DNA of 64,000 nt from Candidatus Bathyarchaeota archaeon (GTDB taxonomy: Archaea > Thermoproteota > Bathyarchaeia > TCS64), in NCBI GenBank assembly GCA_963820555.1, contig CAWGAT010000029.1:59718-123717 (forward strand). Direction: 5' to 3'. Positions 60,253 through 64,000 of the stretch are shown in pieces. Each line of letters begins with the position of its first letter. Positions within the stretch are counted from its first letter, which is position 1. The position numbers and the translations under genes are program-made. The notes under the pieces were generated by a model. It saw only the letters and a program-made list of their open reading frames with translations. It searched no databases and was not told where the DNA came from.

Positions 60253-60858
60253 ATGGTGAAGTTCAACGGAGTGAATCACCTCGCCCTCGTTACGGGTGAT
60301 ATGAACGCGACAATCAGGTTTTGGAGGGATCTTCTCGGCATGAGGCTTGTAGCTGGCTTGGGGTCCCCCGGCTACAGGCACTATTTCTTCGAACTGTCTG
60401 AGACTGATCTCGTGGCCTTCTTCGAGTGGCCCGGTGTGAAGCCACTCGTGGAGAAGGAGCATGGTAGGCCGGTGAAGGGGCCTTTCGGGTTCGACCACGT
60501 CTCCTTCGGTGTGGAGTCCGAGAACGACCTCTGGGCTCTGAAGGATAAGATAGCGGCTGCGGGGCTGTGGGTGTCGGAGGTGATTGACCACGGCTTCATA
60601 CACTCAATCTACGCGTACGACCCGAATGGTATACCTATCGAGTTCAGTTATAACGTAGAGGAGGTCGACGTGAGGAAGACCCCGGCCATGAAGGACATTA
60701 GGCCGGTCCAGTATGCGAACGAGGGCCCCGAACCAGTGCAGGGAAAATGGTCGGAGGTTAGTAGAGCCACCCCTAAGGCTGAGTGGGTTGTATATCCGGG
60801 GGCGGGTAGCGAGCTCTATCACTTCCTCAAACAGGAGACTGAGAGGAGAAAGCGTTAG
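60253..60858 (+). CDS. VOC (glyoxalase/bleomycin-resistance) family protein
   Basis: NHLALVT, FWRDLLGM, DHVSF, SIYAYDPNGIPIEF. Confidence 0.88.
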   Translation: MVKFNGVNHLALVTGDMNATIRFWRDLLGMRLVAGLGSPGYRHYFFELSETDLVAFFEWPGVKPLVEKEHGRPVKGPFGFDHVSFGVESENDLWALKDKIAAAGLWVSEVIDHGFIHSIYAYDPNGIPIEFSYNVEEVDVRKTPAMKDIRPVQYANEGPEPVQGKWSEVSRATPKAEWVVYPGAGSELYHFLKQETERRKR

Positions 60859-60929
60859 ACATCCTCTTACAGCGTCGAGTGCGGACCCTGAGTTCAGTGC
60901 GTCGATTATTTCCAGTTCGTTTGTTTGAT

Positions 60930-61811
60930 TTAAGGAGCGGTACTTAGGGTTACGCCGCCCACTCCGAGGTCGAGTGTGAGTTCGATTTTTGGCCCCGAGG
61001 CGGTGTTGTATGCTTCTGTGCGGTACTCTGAGTCACCGAAGCCCCCTCCGCTTCTGTAGAAGCTGCCCCAGGCCCGTACACCAGATAGGCCTCTGATACT
61101 CGCTCTCGCCGGGACGCCTTCGCGTATCGTAACTGTTACGGCCCCGACGCCGCTGCTTACGTTCACATGTGCATCCCTCTGGAGCTTCTCACCTGAGAAG
61201 TTGAGGTCGATGCTACCCACTGCTCCTCTGACCTTCATCTGTTCCATGTTCGCGTCCAGGAGACCCTCGATGCTGAGTTCACCTGCCCCAGCTTGGACCT
61301 CTAAGTTTCTCATGACGCTTGGATTTCGTTTCTTGAAGGAGACGCGGTTTACACCCGCACCGGTCTCGAGGAGTATGGTCGTTATTGGAAGGCCTCCGAG
61401 GTTCCATGTGGCTCTACCGACGCCCGCTCTCACGTCGAGGTCAAAGGGCTTCGCATCGCCGACTTTTAGGTTCCATCTATTAAAGGGGTTGGTGTGTATG
61501 TAGGTGAGGGGTTCTTGTCGCTGCTCTATTCTGACGGTGCCCCCAGTCGTTGTTATCCATGGTCTCCACTCTGGTATATCATACTCTATTGTTCCCTCGA
61601 CGAATTTCCCGGCTCCTGGTCCAACCTCTATTTTTCCTGCTGCGCTGACCATGATTTCAAGCCTAGTCGAATCCCCCTGAGGGTAGTCTACTTCTATTTT
61701 CTCAACGAGGCCTTGGGTGTTGACTTGGGCTGACGCGACGGGTGTACCGCACCTCTGACAGAACCTTGCGTCCTCGGCGAGTTCCTTGCCACAATTAGCG
61801 CAGTATGGCAT
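60930..61811 (-). CDS. N-terminal zinc-ribbon plus toast-rack (LiaF/DUF2154/DUF4097-like) beta-solenoid protein
   Basis: CANCG...ARFCQRCG, followed by repeated beta motifs (AGVG..TWNL, AGAGELSI, GVGAVTV, LGVGGVTL). Confidence 0.7.
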   Translation of the reverse strand: MPYCANCGKELAEDARFCQRCGTPVASAQVNTQGLVEKIEVDYPQGDSTRLEIMVSAAGKIEVGPGAGKFVEGTIEYDIPEWRPWITTTGGTVRIEQRQEPLTYIHTNPFNRWNLKVGDAKPFDLDVRAGVGRATWNLGGLPITTILLETGAGVNRVSFKKRNPSVMRNLEVQAGAGELSIEGLLDANMEQMKVRGAVGSIDLNFSGEKLQRDAHVNVSSGVGAVTVTIREGVPARASIRGLSGVRAWGSFYRSGGGFGDSEYRTEAYNTASGPKIELTLDLGVGGVTLSTAP

Positions 61812-61936
61812 GTGTTTCTCCTCTACAATCTGTTGGAATGCTTAGTCTATAAATCAAGCTCGGTGGAGTTCTCTCATGTAACACTTACATTTGAGAAAAA
61901 GTTGAATATAAAGTTAGAAAAAAGAAGTTTTATCGA

Positions 61937-62605
61937 TTATGATAATTTATTGCCACATTCGCTACAGAACCTTGCCCCAGCCTGGTTCTCTGTGCCGCAC
62001 TTCGGACACTTCACCAGCGAGAGAGGTGCACCACAGTTATTGCAGAACTTACCTGTTCCTGCGGGCTTCCCGCACTTCGGGCAGATCGTCTGTTTGCTCT
62101 CTATCTCACCTGTGAAGACTTGGGTGTTCTTCGCCTTCTCCCAGACCTGCTCGGTCTGAGCCTGAGACTTGGCTGCCGCGATCTCGACGTTGAGGCGGGG
62201 GGCATCCTCCACGCAGAGGCCCTCCTGCTCGTTCCAGTCGGATTCACAGACATATTTGTGACACTTCGGGCACCTGTGGAAGTTAGGCATAGCTTCGTTC
62301 TGGGCTAGCTTGAAGGCCTCTTCGTGCTCCTTTTGCCACTCGGGGGTCATCCCCTCAAACCTCTGGGAGAGAACACTTGCCCCTTGGCTGCCCGCGTAAC
62401 TAAACCCTCCGAGACGCCCACTCAATGAGCCGGCCACACTCGCGGCTGAACTCAATCCTCGCAGGAACCCCGCCTTCTTGTGAGTCTTCGACTCGATGAA
62501 CTTCGTCTTGTAACCGTCGCCGCAGACGTCACATTTGAACGTGAATTGGAATCCCGCTTCGGTGCTGTCGTCCTCGTAGTTTCGGGTAAATGGTTGAAGT
62601 CCCAT
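61937..62605 (-). CDS. Multi-zinc-ribbon protein (N-terminal ribbon, treble-clef-like cluster, C-terminal double zinc ribbon)
   Basis: CDVC; CPKC..VC..C; CPKC/CNNC/CPKC/CSEC. Confidence 0.8.
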   Translation of the reverse strand: MGLQPFTRNYEDDSTEAGFQFTFKCDVCGDGYKTKFIESKTHKKAGFLRGLSSAASVAGSLSGRLGGFSYAGSQGASVLSQRFEGMTPEWQKEHEEAFKLAQNEAMPNFHRCPKCHKYVCESDWNEQEGLCVEDAPRLNVEIAAAKSQAQTEQVWEKAKNTQVFTGEIESKQTICPKCGKPAGTGKFCNNCGAPLSLVKCPKCGTENQAGARFCSECGNKLS

Positions 62606-62985
62606 TAGAAACCCTCCTGCTTATTCAATGGCTTACCACATTTAATACATTTATCACCGATTGGCGGTTGCTCAGTCTTACACTTCGGGCAGACCACCGT
62701 CAAGCGGGTGCCACACTTTTCGCAGTAATCACCAAAGAAAGTTGTGTTTCCGCAATGTGGACACTTGATCTGGAGAGACAACCCGCAGGAGGGGCAGCTA
62801 ACCCAGCCCTTCTCGATGGGGGCGTGGCATCTGGGACATATCATTGGCCCAAGCGGGTTAACCTTCCCACATACAGGGCAAACCTTCGAGTTGGGAGGGA
62901 TGAGAGAGTCGCAGTATCGACAGGGATGTTTGTACCCTATCATTTTAATCACATCTAAATGATGTATATCAGCCGCCTTTTTCAC
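62605..62985 (-). CDS. Double-zinc-ribbon protein with eight CxxC motifs
   Basis: CRYC, CPVC, CPRC, CPSC, CPHC, CEKC, CPKC, CIKC in 126 aa. Confidence 0.8.
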   Translation of the reverse strand: MKKAADIHHLDVIKMIGYKHPCRYCDSLIPPNSKVCPVCGKVNPLGPMICPRCHAPIEKGWVSCPSCGLSLQIKCPHCGNTTFFGDYCEKCGTRLTVVCPKCKTEQPPIGDKCIKCGKPLNKQEGF

Positions 62986-62993
62986 ACTTTACC

Positions 62994-64000
62994 TCATTGA
63001 CCCTTATCTGTAGTCTTGCTCCATTTCGCTGCGTCGTCGATGGTCGATACGTTAAACCTCAGCACATCCTGGACCTCGCTCTTCCATTGATCCGGAGAGA
63101 TGTGAGACACCCTTCCAATGAACAACTCCCTAAGCATCTTGAGTGCCTGCAACCTCTTTACGGCGAAGAGGTACCTCTGATACTTTGGCTCGAGCAACCT
63201 CTCCTCTGATAGATAGACGGGTTCACGTCTGAAGTTAATCTCAATCATCGCACGGTTAATGGATCTGATGACCTCGTCGCACCTCCTATTCAGATCATCT
63301 AGGCCTAGTGGATTCCTATAGATTTCCCTCCTGGTAACTCTGAAGAAGTATGTCGCCCTCCCCGTTCCCTCGGAGGATGAAGCCTCCATAGCAATTGCGT
63401 TACCTGGAACCCCTGGGTCCGTACCGTAGATGGGGATCAGAAACCAGAGGTACTGACTCTCCCCCCGTTCAGTCAACCCCTCTTTGACGCCTATACAGAT
63501 CCTATCCTTCCTAGAGAGGTCTTTCAGGTAAGCATACTCTTCATCCATCGCCAGAGACGATAACCTCTTCTCAAGCTGAGGCCAGATAGTTTGAGAGATT
63601 GACTCGATGTCGAGCTTCCTCGCTGCTCGTCCCTCCTTCATGAGTCGTGCTGCTCTCCTGATCTCTGTGGGATCGGAGGTGGGTAGCAGCTTCATTAGCG
63701 AGGTGACAACCTTCTGCTGCAGAGCAGTATTCGCATCTGACAAAGCTTTAGTGAACGGATCGAATAGCCGCCCCATCTGCGTCACAGTGAATCTGTCCCC
63801 GAATTCTGTCACGAGATTGACTTGGTAGTCATTAACTGTGAATTCAACGATGTCGCTTAAGGGGATACGAATTGGGTCACGCATATCTGGGAGAATAGCT
63901 AACGCGGTCTCGTAGATCCTTAGTTCGCATTCACCGTTTTGTGTACCTTTCCCCGTCGCATCCACAAGTGAGTAAACACACCTCGCCGTTGGCTGACGCA
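62994..64000 (-). CDS. Hypothetical protein with a PH-like beta region, 5'-truncated by the window edge
   Basis: The frame is open from the window end (RQPTARCVYSLVDATGK...) to the stop at 62994; co-oriented with the zinc-ribbon genes. Confidence 0.75.
   Translation of the reverse strand, partial: RQPTARCVYSLVDATGKGTQNGECELRIYETALAILPDMRDPIRIPLSDIVEFTVNDYQVNLVTEFGDRFTVTQMGRLFDPFTKALSDANTALQQKVVTSLMKLLPTSDPTEIRRAARLMKEGRAARKLDIESISQTIWPQLEKRLSSLAMDEEYAYLKDLSRKDRICIGVKEGLTERGESQYLWFLIPIYGTDPGVPGNAIAMEASSSEGTGRATYFFRVTRREIYRNPLGLDDLNRRCDEVIRSINRAMIEINFRREPVYLSEERLLEPKYQRYLFAVKRLQALKMLRELFIGRVSHISPDQWKSEVQDVLRFNVSTIDDAAKWSKTTDKGQ

Overview
Archaeal chromosomal segment, GC-rich and densely coding. 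PolD (DP1 and DP2), Elf1, Alba, Taw1, GGGP synthase, Sec61-beta and an archaeal TrpRS point to a PolD-bearing TACK archaeon, most plausibly Bathyarchaeia (inference). It holds about 55 protein genes and two intron-less tRNAs (Gly-TCC, Pro-CGG). These include a complete phosphate locus (pstSCAB-phoU, an AbrB-PhoU regulator and a PHP phosphoesterase), many peptidases/amidohydrolases and transporters, hypF, a GH1 glucosidase and a terminal zinc-ribbon/toast-rack cluster. At least 13 genes, several essential, are split by single-base indels, often in homopolymers; these are most likely long-read consensus errors. No CRISPR array, rRNA or intact mobile element was seen. The most notable unexplained signals are: (1) an oriented CTATATA heptamer repeated at an exact 20-bp period in three promoters of the phosphate locus, one of them in front of an unannotated 45-aa ORF; (2) a candidate K-turn ncRNA and a decayed dispersed element next to tRNA-Gly; (3) a divergent RHH/wHTH regulator pair around a perfect 18-bp palindrome; (4) a 22-bp-period palindromic array; (5) the zinc-ribbon-rich cluster at the right end.
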